This document shows positions 36,788 to 45,265 of a stretch of 64,000 nt of DNA, piece by piece; positions within the stretch are counted from its first letter, which is position 1, and the number at the start of each line of letters is the position of its first letter. The notes under the pieces were generated by a model. It did not search any database and was not told the origin of the DNA. It saw only the letters and a program-made list of their open reading frames with translations. Position numbers and translations under genes: made by a program. The DNA comes from Desulfobacterales bacterium (GTDB lineage: Bacteria; Desulfobacterota; Desulfobacteria; Desulfobacterales; SURF-7). The stretch is taken from NCBI GenBank assembly GCA_028277765.1, contig JANQFQ010000035.1, positions 38,615 to 102,614 on the forward strand, read 5' to 3'.

Positions 36788-37954
36788 ATGAAAACGCTGA
36801 AAAAAATATTAGATAAACCTTTATTGATGTGGATGATTTCTTTGTTATTATGCGGCCATCTCCTGTCATTGCCGGCTTTTGCGGATAATATTAACGATTT
36901 ATTGAATAATGGCCGATACTGGAAAATTAAGGAGATGCTGGAAGCGAAAAAAAATAAGACAAGGGACGACCTGGCTGTGCTAAGTTTTGTTGAAGTTATG
37001 CTCACGAAGTCTCCGAAGGCCCATGCCATGGCAGCGCGTTCAAAAGGGCATTATCTCGCAGATTTTGCCATGATGGGAACATATGTTAAGGCTATTGGGG
37101 TTAAAACTGATAAAGAAAAAGCAATAATGCTCGGTAATAAACTATATAAAAAACTAAAGAAGGAAGCTGGTGATGATGGTTTCAAACTTTACCTTATTGC
37201 AGAGATCGCTGAACTCCTGGATAAGAACGACATGATGGCGGTTCTTCAAAAAGCGTGTGATAAAAATATTGCCGGCGCGTTGAATATGAGGGGCAGACTT
37301 TGCCAGTGGGAAAAAGATGATAAAAAGGCCTTAGAATATTATTTGAAGGCCGCCGATCTTGGCCTGGCAGAAGCTCAGAAGAATGTTTCGTTTTATTATG
37401 CCCGGGGAATCGGGTGTGAAAAAAACATGAAAAAATCTTTTGAATACAGCAGTAAAGCCGCACAGGGAGGTGATGTATACGGTATGGTCAATCTTGCCGT
37501 TATTTATGAAATGCAGGGTGAGTTGGAAAAAGCGAGGTCCTGGATAGAAAAAGCCGCGACTTCCGAGCATTGGATGGGGCCTTTGGAAAAAGGGTATGCA
37601 TTGATTAATGGGAAATATGGTTATGGTATTAATAAAAAGAAGGGATATGAATTAATAAAAAACTCTGCTGAATCAAGGGCGGGAGTATGCTTTGCCCGTT
37701 TGGGAGAGCTTTATCTGGAAGGTGAGGGGACAAAGAAAAATATTGAAAAGGCGGAAAAACTGTTTAAATGTGGGTATATCCAGGGTGATCATAGAAGCGC
37801 TTATGCGTTAGCGTATATCTATAAAAACATAAAGAAAGATGAGGATCTTATCGCCTTCTGGATATCCAAAGGTAAGGCTGAACCAGTGGACATCCGATTT
37901 GCGTTTTATGAATACCAGCTAAATATGATCGATCCTTTTACTGTTGAATTATAA
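36788..37954 (+). CDS. Secreted Sel1-repeat (TPR-like) protein
   Basis: An N-terminal signal-like segment ends ...SLPAFA. Repeated Sel1 units follow (KAADLGLAEAQKNVSFYYARGIGCEKNMKKSFEYSSKAAQGGDVYGMVNLAVIY...). Confidence 0.75.
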   Translation: MKTLKKILDKPLLMWMISLLLCGHLLSLPAFADNINDLLNNGRYWKIKEMLEAKKNKTRDDLAVLSFVEVMLTKSPKAHAMAARSKGHYLADFAMMGTYVKAIGVKTDKEKAIMLGNKLYKKLKKEAGDDGFKLYLIAEIAELLDKNDMMAVLQKACDKNIAGALNMRGRLCQWEKDDKKALEYYLKAADLGLAEAQKNVSFYYARGIGCEKNMKKSFEYSSKAAQGGDVYGMVNLAVIYEMQGELEKARSWIEKAATSEHWMGPLEKGYALINGKYGYGINKKKGYELIKNSAESRAGVCFARLGELYLEGEGTKKNIEKAEKLFKCGYIQGDHRSAYALAYIYKNIKKDEDLIAFWISKGKAEPVDIRFAFYEYQLNMIDPFTVEL

Positions 37955-38013
37955 TTCAGGAGTTAACTGACCTTACTTTCTCTTACGAAAAAACTAATTG
38001 AGGAATAGATTTT

Positions 38014-39243
38014 ATGGGATTATTTTCATTGTTTTTTGGGAAAACTCCTGAAGAGCTCGAAATCATTGGTGACACATTTTTCAAAGAAAACAACCTGGGC
38101 ATGGCGAAACTTGAATATGAAAAAGCGCTTTCCAGACATAAAGACAGCCCGGTACGGGATGTTAACTTTGAAGACCGTATCAAGGGAAAGATTGTTGAGG
38201 TAAAAGAAGGGCTTGCAGTTGAGCATATTAAGACAGGAAAGAACCTGATTGATGCGGAAAGTTATGAAGATGCAGAAGAACTTATTTCCCTTGCCATGGA
38301 ACTTTCTGAAGATGCCTCATTACACGATGAAGCGGAAGAACTACTAGATGCAATTGCAGACCTGGCCGTGCAACAGACTGATCTTCCTATGACAGATTAT
38401 AATCCTGTAAACACTCCTGAAGATGAGAAGCCCAACTTTTATTTTAACAGGGAGGAATACTTTGTCGCCTTATGTAATGCCTTGCCGCCTGAGGAGAAGG
38501 CAGCGTATATGGGGTACGGTGAAGCATTTATAGATGGTTATATTGCTCTGAACCAGGGTGATTTTACTGCTGCCGCTGAGAAGCTTTTGCTCGCCCTAGA
38601 GAAAAACCCGGATGATAAAAATCATATACCGCTTGAACTGGCCACATGTTATCTGAATATGGCTGAATTTGAAAAAGCCAGGGGCCTGCTTGAATCTTAT
38701 CTAAATGATTTTCCTCATTCAGAAAAAGCATACCATGTTTTGTCTGAAACGCTGTGGCACTTAAAAGAATTTGACGAAGCAGCCTCTCTCCTTCAATCAT
38801 GCCCCAGAGAGTTGGCTGATACTGTAATGATCAATATGCTCAAGGGAGAGACGGAGCTGCGCGCCGGAAGATTCAAAGAAGCGGAAAAAATTTATCTTCA
38901 GTATATTGATTCAAAGGGAAAAGATCATACAATCATGAGGGCACTTGCAAAAATATACGAGCTTATGGGCAAGCCTGAAACCGCAAGAAATATTTACACG
39001 GAGCTGATGAATGCATGCACAGGATGTGGAAGCAGGGCAGACGTCCACCTTAAACGGGGCTTCGCTGATACTAGTTTTAAATCAGGTGTGCACACAACGC
39101 AAATTCTTGATGTTTATCTTGAATTGCTTCAGGAAGATCCTGGAAACGCTTTTTCCTATGCGGACAAAATAAGCAGAATCTATGCTTTCATGGGCAATGA
39201 CGGCGAAGCAAGGAGGTTTAAATCCTTGATGGGTAGTATGTAA
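38014..39243 (+). CDS. TPR-repeat protein (cytoplasmic)
   Basis: Multiple 34-aa TPR-like units (for example GDTFFKENNLGMAKLEYEKAL and the AxxxY/AxxxL patterns throughout). A GAGGA RBS precedes the start. Confidence 0.65.
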   Translation: MGLFSLFFGKTPEELEIIGDTFFKENNLGMAKLEYEKALSRHKDSPVRDVNFEDRIKGKIVEVKEGLAVEHIKTGKNLIDAESYEDAEELISLAMELSEDASLHDEAEELLDAIADLAVQQTDLPMTDYNPVNTPEDEKPNFYFNREEYFVALCNALPPEEKAAYMGYGEAFIDGYIALNQGDFTAAAEKLLLALEKNPDDKNHIPLELATCYLNMAEFEKARGLLESYLNDFPHSEKAYHVLSETLWHLKEFDEAASLLQSCPRELADTVMINMLKGETELRAGRFKEAEKIYLQYIDSKGKDHTIMRALAKIYELMGKPETARNIYTELMNACTGCGSRADVHLKRGFADTSFKSGVHTTQILDVYLELLQEDPGNAFSYADKISRIYAFMGNDGEARRFKSLMGSM

Positions 39244-39320
39244 CTATTCCTATTGTAAAACAAATGTAATACCTCGAAAATCACCTTGTATCTTATGGCC
39301 GGTTGACCGATAATTAAGGT

Positions 39321-39965
39321 ATGGTTTTCTTAAAACCAAAAGATGCTGTCAGCGGGCTTACTCATTTCGCGGCCATTCCCTTGGCTATCACAGGCCTTGT
39401 GTTGTTGATATGTAAGTCGTGCGGCCCGGCACAGCCTTGGCATATTACAACCTTCTCCATTTTCGGCGCAGGCATGATACTGTTATATGTTGCCAGTACA
39501 TTATATCACTGGCTATATCTGTCTGAAAAAGGGACAAGACGATTAAAAAAATTTGATCATATTATGATCTTTATTTTTATTGCTGCCTCTTACACACCAG
39601 TATGTCTTATTTCTTTAAGGGGTGGATGGGGATGGTCCATATTTGGATGCGTATGGGGGGTGGCCGTCATCGGTGTTTGTATGAAACTCTTTTGCGGAAA
39701 TGTTCACAGGTGGTTTTCCACATCGATCTATATTTTTATGGGATGGCTGGTACTGGTAGGTATATGCCCGCTTATGCATGTTCTTAATACCACAGCTTTT
39801 ATATGGCTTCTGGTCGGCGGACTGGCATACACTTTTGGCGCCTTAATTTATGCGGTTAAATGGCCTGATCCATGGCCGGATGTCTTTGGATTTCATGAAA
39901 TCTTCCATATTTTTGTCATGACCGGCAGTTTCTTCCATTTCTGGTTTTTCTTTAAGTATATATAA
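39321..39965 (+). CDS. Hemolysin-III / PAQR family membrane protein
   Basis: 214 aa with 7 predicted TM helices. The STLYH, FDHIMIF and HEIFHIFV motifs are typical of HlyIII/YqfA proteins. Confidence 0.8.
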   Translation: MVFLKPKDAVSGLTHFAAIPLAITGLVLLICKSCGPAQPWHITTFSIFGAGMILLYVASTLYHWLYLSEKGTRRLKKFDHIMIFIFIAASYTPVCLISLRGGWGWSIFGCVWGVAVIGVCMKLFCGNVHRWFSTSIYIFMGWLVLVGICPLMHVLNTTAFIWLLVGGLAYTFGALIYAVKWPDPWPDVFGFHEIFHIFVMTGSFFHFWFFFKYI

Positions 39966-39986
39966 TAAAAGCTAGTAGCTTGAAGG

Positions 39987-40964
39987 TTATTCAAACCATT
40001 CAGCTTCTGCTTCAAAAAAATGATTCACTAAATCCGTGTACTGGTCTGGTTTTCTGGTTTTCTTAATTTTTTTCATAGCGATGTTGCAGTCCTTGAACGC
40101 AAGTGAAAAATAGCGCCATAGTCCTTTCATCCTGTCCAGGAGGTGGGACGGACCGCTTAGTATCTGGCTGTACTGATTAAACAGATCATCGTGAAAACGT
40201 TTCATTATAACTGTCTTGTTGCTGATACTGTCTTTCCCGGTTTTTATCATTAAAGGGAGAAATGGATTGACAAGAGCCCATCGACCGATCATCCACCTGT
40301 TGACAGTGTTAAACCTTTGAGACAATCTTTTAAAATCATCAAGACTTCTTATATCACCGTTATAGACTGTGGCATGAATGGTCATTGAGAGAAGTTTTTC
40401 AAAAGCCTCTAAATCAGTTGTTCCTTCGTACATCTGCTTCCCAGTCCTGGGATGTATAATGATCTCTTCTATGGGGTACTGGTTGAACAAGGGAATAAGT
40501 CTAAAAATATCATCTTTCGTTTGCCAGCCGAGTCTTGTTTTTATGGACAGTCTCCCTTTTAAAGCAGGGATAACATGGTCAAGGAACTCACGGATCATGT
40601 CTTGGTGCGGGAGCATCCCTGAACCGCGCTGTTTTTTTGCCACCATGGGATAGGGACAGCCAAGATTCCAGTTGATGGTTTCATAACCGATATTAAACAG
40701 ATGGTTTGCGAGGAGGATAAACTCTTTGGCGGATTTGCTTAGTATCTGAGGGACTACGGGCATGCCGGTGTTGTTTTCAGGGAGAAGACCTTTTATATAT
40801 TTTCTAGGGACTTTGTCTCCTTTTTTTCCTGTTATAAACGGCGCCACAGCAAGATCAAAGCCGCTGAAATGTTCTGAAAAGGTGTTCCTGTAAATATGAT
40901 CTGTAAATCCTCTCAATGGGGCCATATACAGGCTGGACGTGTGGTGTGTATCTGTACGGCTCAT
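39987..40964 (-). CDS. tRNA-dihydrouridine synthase family protein
   Basis: MAPLRGFTDHIYR, NLGCP and HPRT motifs match the Dus TIM-barrel family. Confidence 0.8.
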   Translation of the reverse strand: MSRTDTHHTSSLYMAPLRGFTDHIYRNTFSEHFSGFDLAVAPFITGKKGDKVPRKYIKGLLPENNTGMPVVPQILSKSAKEFILLANHLFNIGYETINWNLGCPYPMVAKKQRGSGMLPHQDMIREFLDHVIPALKGRLSIKTRLGWQTKDDIFRLIPLFNQYPIEEIIIHPRTGKQMYEGTTDLEAFEKLLSMTIHATVYNGDIRSLDDFKRLSQRFNTVNRWMIGRWALVNPFLPLMIKTGKDSISNKTVIMKRFHDDLFNQYSQILSGPSHLLDRMKGLWRYFSLAFKDCNIAMKKIKKTRKPDQYTDLVNHFFEAEAEWFE

Positions 40965-41027
40965 TATATCTGCCTTTGTTCTTGAAACAGGTTCATCATA
41001 AGGGGATGTTCAGGATGGTCCAGATGT

Positions 41028-41459
41028 TTATCCTGTTTTTACGATTTCTTTAGAAGTGACGGTGAAAGAACCAGAGCCGTAAGCGATAAGCCTGCTGTCT
41101 TCAGATGTAAGACGCATCTCAGCCACAGCAAGGTGTTTGCCCGGCCTGATAAGGTTGCCGGTAGCCAATAGGGCTTGTCGCTTTGCTGCTTCCAGAAGCC
41201 GGATATTCAGATCAGCGGTCAGCACAAAACGGTTGTAATGGGCAGCCACCGTAAACCACCCTGACGTATCTAGGAGTGTAGCGATAATACCGCCATGAAG
41301 GTCCCCGCCCTTCATGCCGTGATAAAAATTTTTATCTGCCGGCATACGGATCTGGACTTCTCCCATATCAGTAAACTCAAGGGTCATGCCCATGGTTTTT
41401 TTAATTGGAGCCCCTTCAAACATGGCGATTAACTTCTGAAAGATTTTATTTGAACTCAT
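41028..41459 (-). CDS. PaaI-family hotdog thioesterase
   Basis: HGGIIATLLDTSGWF and the ~143-aa length fit PaaI. The ATG at 41459 (1 nt after the upstream stop) is preferred over the TTG at 41480. Confidence 0.7.
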   Translation of the reverse strand: MSSNKIFQKLIAMFEGAPIKKTMGMTLEFTDMGEVQIRMPADKNFYHGMKGGDLHGGIIATLLDTSGWFTVAAHYNRFVLTADLNIRLLEAAKRQALLATGNLIRPGKHLAVAEMRLTSEDSRLIAYGSGSFTVTSKEIVKTG

Positions 41460-41460
41460 T

Positions 41461-42177
41461 TTATATGGTTTTTTCTCCAAAATTTAAATCACAGCCGAGG
41501 AAACGGCGACCGGTTTCCATGGCCGCGGTTAGCACTGAATAGGATCCAGCAGCCGGATCAATGATGATGTCACTTGGATTGCTGGTCGCTTCGATCAGCG
41601 CTTTTTGAAGTTCTAAAGGTTTGGGATGGGCATGGACCTCATCACGGGCGACTTTTTCTGACCATATATCTGGTATGTTATGTCTTGTCCAAACGCCTTT
41701 GGCTCTTTTGGGTTTTTTCTGCATGACCATCAAGTGTTCAGTCTGCCTTCTGGAGCGGTATCCCATCCCCATTTTTACCTTATTCCAGGTAATCAGGTCG
41801 ACAATTTCCAAATCTGTTTCCTTAATCCATGCCGGTATCCCTTCGCATAAATGAAACTTGTCTATCCAGAGGAAAAGGTGTCCGCTGGGTATTAATACTC
41901 TGTTTATATTTGAAATAAATTCAATTATCAGCTCACTGGGCATCTGCTCAAGCTGAGCCCTTTTAATCTGGCGGGCGCCTTCATTACCGTATTTCATTTT
42001 ATCCATAACTCCCCTATACTGGGGATCAAAAAAACAGACCGGTATACTGCTATCAATAAGGCAATCCATCAATTTGATGCCGTCCATTTTGTATTGGACA
42101 TTAAAATTGAGATTATTCCCATTTTTAAAGACATGTTCCGGACTGATGATTGTTCTTTCACCGCTAAAGACGCTCAT
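41461..42177 (-). CDS. Beta-class N6A/N4C-type DNA methyltransferase-like protein with divergent motifs
   Basis: A motif-IV-like FFDPQY lies near the N-terminus and a motif-I-like [12 protein letters not shown] near the C-terminus, which is the IV-before-I order of the beta class. No restriction partner is adjacent. The ATG at 42177 is preferred over the TTG at 42183. Confidence 0.6.
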   Translation of the reverse strand: MSVFSGERTIISPEHVFKNGNNLNFNVQYKMDGIKLMDCLIDSSIPVCFFDPQYRGVMDKMKYGNEGARQIKRAQLEQMPSELIIEFISNINRVLIPSGHLFLWIDKFHLCEGIPAWIKETDLEIVDLITWNKVKMGMGYRSRRQTEHLMVMQKKPKRAKGVWTRHNIPDIWSEKVARDEVHAHPKPLELQKALIEATSNPSDIIIDPAAGSYSVLTAAMETGRRFLGCDLNFGEKTI

Positions 42178-42432
42178 AATCAATTTCCTGAGAAAAGTAG
42201 TTCGTTTAATAAAACTGTTTTATGAATTTCAGATTTTATATGAAAACTGTCAAGGTTTTTTTGATCAAATATAGTCTTTTTCATGGGAAGCAATATTTGA
42301 CATGCTAGGTTGAGTGACTAGAATATGACTAGATGCATTTTTGTTGACTGTTATAATGAACTGAAATAAATCCTACTATTGCATAAAAGCAGGATAAAAC
42401 GTTCTTTCATTATTATAGAAAGGAAAAAGAAT

Positions 42433-43179
42433 ATGCCATTTTCTATCGCACTTGCTGGCAAAGGGGGCACAGGGAAGACCACTGTGGCCGGTATGCTGGT
42501 AAAATATCTTGTAAAAACAAAGAATACGCCTGTTCTGGCTGTTGACGCGGATTCCAATGCCAATCTGAATGAGGTTCTTGGCCTTGAAGTAGCAGATACA
42601 CTTGGAAACGCCCGGGAGGACATGAAAAAAGGGGATGTACCAGGAGGGATGACCAAGGATATATTCATGGAGATGAAACTGGAGCAGGCGATTGTTGAGT
42701 CAAGCGGATATGACCTGGTTGTCATGGGACAGCCCGAGGGATCAGGATGTTACTGCGCCGCGAATACGCTTCTTGCTGGTTTCCTGGAAAAGCTTACCGG
42801 GAATTATCCATATATTGTCATGGATAATGAGGCGGGGATGGAGCACATCAGTCGTTTGACCACGAGAAATGTGGATATACTCCTTATGGTTTCAGATACA
42901 TCAAGGCGAGGGCTTCAGGCTGCTGTGAGGATTCATCAGCTCGCACAGGAATTAAACATAGGTGTTATCAGGAGCTATCTGATTATCAATCAGGCACGGG
43001 AAGAGCCATCAGAAGCGGTTCTGAAAATAGTTAAGGAGAGCGGGCTGGAAATTGCAGGTACTATCCCGGCGGATGATGAGATTTATGAGTATGACCTTGC
43101 TGGACGGCCGACAATAGAACTGCCTGATGAGAATAAGGCTGTACAGGCGGCGTTTGACATATTTGGCAAGATACTCTAA
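42433..43179 (+). CDS. CooC-like (MinD/ParA-type) P-loop ATPase, putative metallocentre maturation factor
   Basis: A deviant Walker A motif GKGGTGKTT sits at the N-terminus and a GSGCYC (CxC) motif is typical of CooC/AcsF. The start was moved to the ATG at 42433 (MPFSIALAGKGG). Confidence 0.7.
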   Translation: MPFSIALAGKGGTGKTTVAGMLVKYLVKTKNTPVLAVDADSNANLNEVLGLEVADTLGNAREDMKKGDVPGGMTKDIFMEMKLEQAIVESSGYDLVVMGQPEGSGCYCAANTLLAGFLEKLTGNYPYIVMDNEAGMEHISRLTTRNVDILLMVSDTSRRGLQAAVRIHQLAQELNIGVIRSYLIINQAREEPSEAVLKIVKESGLEIAGTIPADDEIYEYDLAGRPTIELPDENKAVQAAFDIFGKIL

Positions 43180-43184
43180 AACAT

Positions 43185-43319
43185 AGTGCCTAAATTGCGC
43201 TAAAGTGCCTAAAGTTGTGGTATCGCTCCGCTCTATCATTTTTAAAATGAGTCGTGATCGTGGTCAGCGAAGCGGTGATCGTGGTCGTGATCGATAATGG
43301 TGGGCACAGCCCACCCTAC
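43185..43319. repeat. Composite repeat block: family 2, then family 6 (CGTGATCGTGGTC words), then a GTAGGG unit
   Basis: AGTGCCTAAATTGCGCTAAAGTGCCTAAAGTTGTGGTATCGCTCCGCTCTATCA / GTCGTGATCGTGGTCAGCGAAGCGGTGATCGTGGTCGTGATCGATAAT / GGTGGGCACAGCCCACCCTAC. The same module order recurs at 48972-49066. Confidence 0.7.
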
Positions 43320-43434
43320 GAAATGATTGAATTTCCTGGTCCTCTGGGCCAGTATTTTTACTGGGAATGCTTGGTGTTGGTTAGTGAATGCGGTGTGGTG
43401 GTCCAGTACCTAGAAACCAGTATCCCGGTCGTAA

Positions 43435-44334
43435 GTGCTTAAAGAAACGATTGAAATGCCCCAGATTGATCAAGACCGACATAATTCTAACAGCAATATC
43501 CCCTACGAAAACCTATATATCTATTACCTGGAAGGATGTCTTGAACCGAATGGCGTTGATTTTGGTGAATCATTTATTGGCAACTGGGAAGAGGAGGGAT
43601 CTTCTTTTCTTTTTTTTAAAACACCGTCTGACAACAGGATTGAACAGCTCCTGAAGCAGCAGTCCCACCTTACACTTTTAGACAGTTATTTCATGACATA
43701 TGAAGATTGGCAGGGAGGACCGGTTCGACCTTTTGCTGCAGGTAATTTTTATATCGTACCTCCTTGGTTCATGTCTACTGAAAAAAAATCTGTTTTTAAT
43801 GAAAAATTGAAACTGATTCTTGATCCAGGTGTTGTATTTGGAACCGGTACCCATACAACGACTCATGATTGTATTGAAGCACTTGAACTCGCATGTGGGA
43901 TGGAAGAAGTTGGTTCTGTTCTTGATCTTGGCACTGGTACTGGTTTGTTAGCAATAGCAGCATGTCTTCTTGACTGCAAAAAGGTTCTGGCTGTTGACCT
44001 GAATTTCTTGGCTGTCAAGACTGCGGAAAAAAATGCCGCCTTAAACGGTTTTAATGGGAACATAGCGGCTGTGCAGGGACGAGCTGAAGAATTCGTTGGA
44101 TATAGAGCTGATCTCATGATAGCGAATATCCATTATGATGTCATGAAAGAACTTATTAGCAGTGTTCATTTTCTTAAGCACAAACAGTTTATCCTGTCCG
44201 GTCTTCTGCGAACCCCTGCCCAGAAGGTGGAGAAACAGCTTTCTTCACTGCCCGTCAGTATCATTAAGAAATGGAACACTGACGGTATATGGCATACTTT
44301 TTTGGGAAAAATATTGAAAAACGATTTTATATAG
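43435..44334 (+). CDS. prmA: Ribosomal protein L11 methyltransferase
   Basis: DPGVVFGTGTHTTT and LDLGTGTGLLAIAA (SAM motif) are PrmA hallmarks. The start is uncertain (GTG 43435 or ATG 43456). Confidence 0.75.
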   Translation: MLKETIEMPQIDQDRHNSNSNIPYENLYIYYLEGCLEPNGVDFGESFIGNWEEEGSSFLFFKTPSDNRIEQLLKQQSHLTLLDSYFMTYEDWQGGPVRPFAAGNFYIVPPWFMSTEKKSVFNEKLKLILDPGVVFGTGTHTTTHDCIEALELACGMEEVGSVLDLGTGTGLLAIAACLLDCKKVLAVDLNFLAVKTAEKNAALNGFNGNIAAVQGRAEEFVGYRADLMIANIHYDVMKELISSVHFLKHKQFILSGLLRTPAQKVEKQLSSLPVSIIKKWNTDGIWHTFLGKILKNDFI

Positions 44335-44349
44335 TTTAATAAGGTAGAT

Positions 44350-45189
44350 ATGAAAATTACCTGCTGGGGCTCAAGAGGGTCTATTCCTGTTTCCGGAAAA
44401 GAATATGTTAAATATGGTGGTGATACGACTTGCCTTGAGATAAGAACTAAATCTGATGAAATCATTGTCGTTGATGCTGGCACAGGGATACGTCGGCTTG
44501 GGAAAAAGCTCATAGAAGAAGAGCGGTATGAATATAATTTTATTTTTACTCATACCCATTGGGACCACCTGATGGGTTTCCCTTTTTTTAAACCCCTTTA
44601 TAATGAGAAGACTGAACTTAAGGTGTTCAGGTGCCCTTTTCCTGAAAAATACGTGGAAAAGATGGTGACCAGGGTGATGACTCCTCCCAACTTTCCTGTC
44701 AAGTATTCTGATTTAAGTGCAAGGATATTTTATGAGAATGGCTGTCCGGATCAGTTTGAAATAGGCTCTGTAAGTGTTATCCCGATAAGACTGAGCCATC
44801 CTAATGGGGGGAGTGGCTATAAATTTATAGAGGACGGTAAAACATTTGTTTTCCTTACGGACAATGAACTCGGATTTTTGCATCCAGGCGGACTTGAACC
44901 TGAAAAGTATATGGAGTTTTCCACTGGAGCTGACCTGCTGATCCATGACGCTGAGTTTACGCCTGAGGAGTATGGCACGACAATTGATTGGGGACATTCT
45001 GTATATACCGAGGTGGTCGATCTGGCGTTAAACGCAAATGTTAAAAAGTTGGGTCTCTTCCACCTGAATCAGGACCGGACCGATGATGATATGGACCGCA
45101 TCGTTGAAGAATGTAATAAGACAACATCTGAAAAAAACGCTGATCTGGAATGTTTTGCTGTTGGCACGGACATGGTGTTTGAATTATAA
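44350..45189 (+). CDS. MBL-fold metallo-hydrolase
   Basis: It carries a THTHWDH (HxHxDH) motif and a C-terminal FHL. Confidence 0.75.
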   Translation: MKITCWGSRGSIPVSGKEYVKYGGDTTCLEIRTKSDEIIVVDAGTGIRRLGKKLIEEERYEYNFIFTHTHWDHLMGFPFFKPLYNEKTELKVFRCPFPEKYVEKMVTRVMTPPNFPVKYSDLSARIFYENGCPDQFEIGSVSVIPIRLSHPNGGSGYKFIEDGKTFVFLTDNELGFLHPGGLEPEKYMEFSTGADLLIHDAEFTPEEYGTTIDWGHSVYTEVVDLALNANVKKLGLFHLNQDRTDDDMDRIVEECNKTTSEKNADLECFAVGTDMVFEL

Positions 45190-45265
45190 TTGCCATAAAA
45201 CAATATATCTTCTGCCCATTAATCCCTCAAAATTTTCATGCGATTGAAATCATAATTTATTAAAG

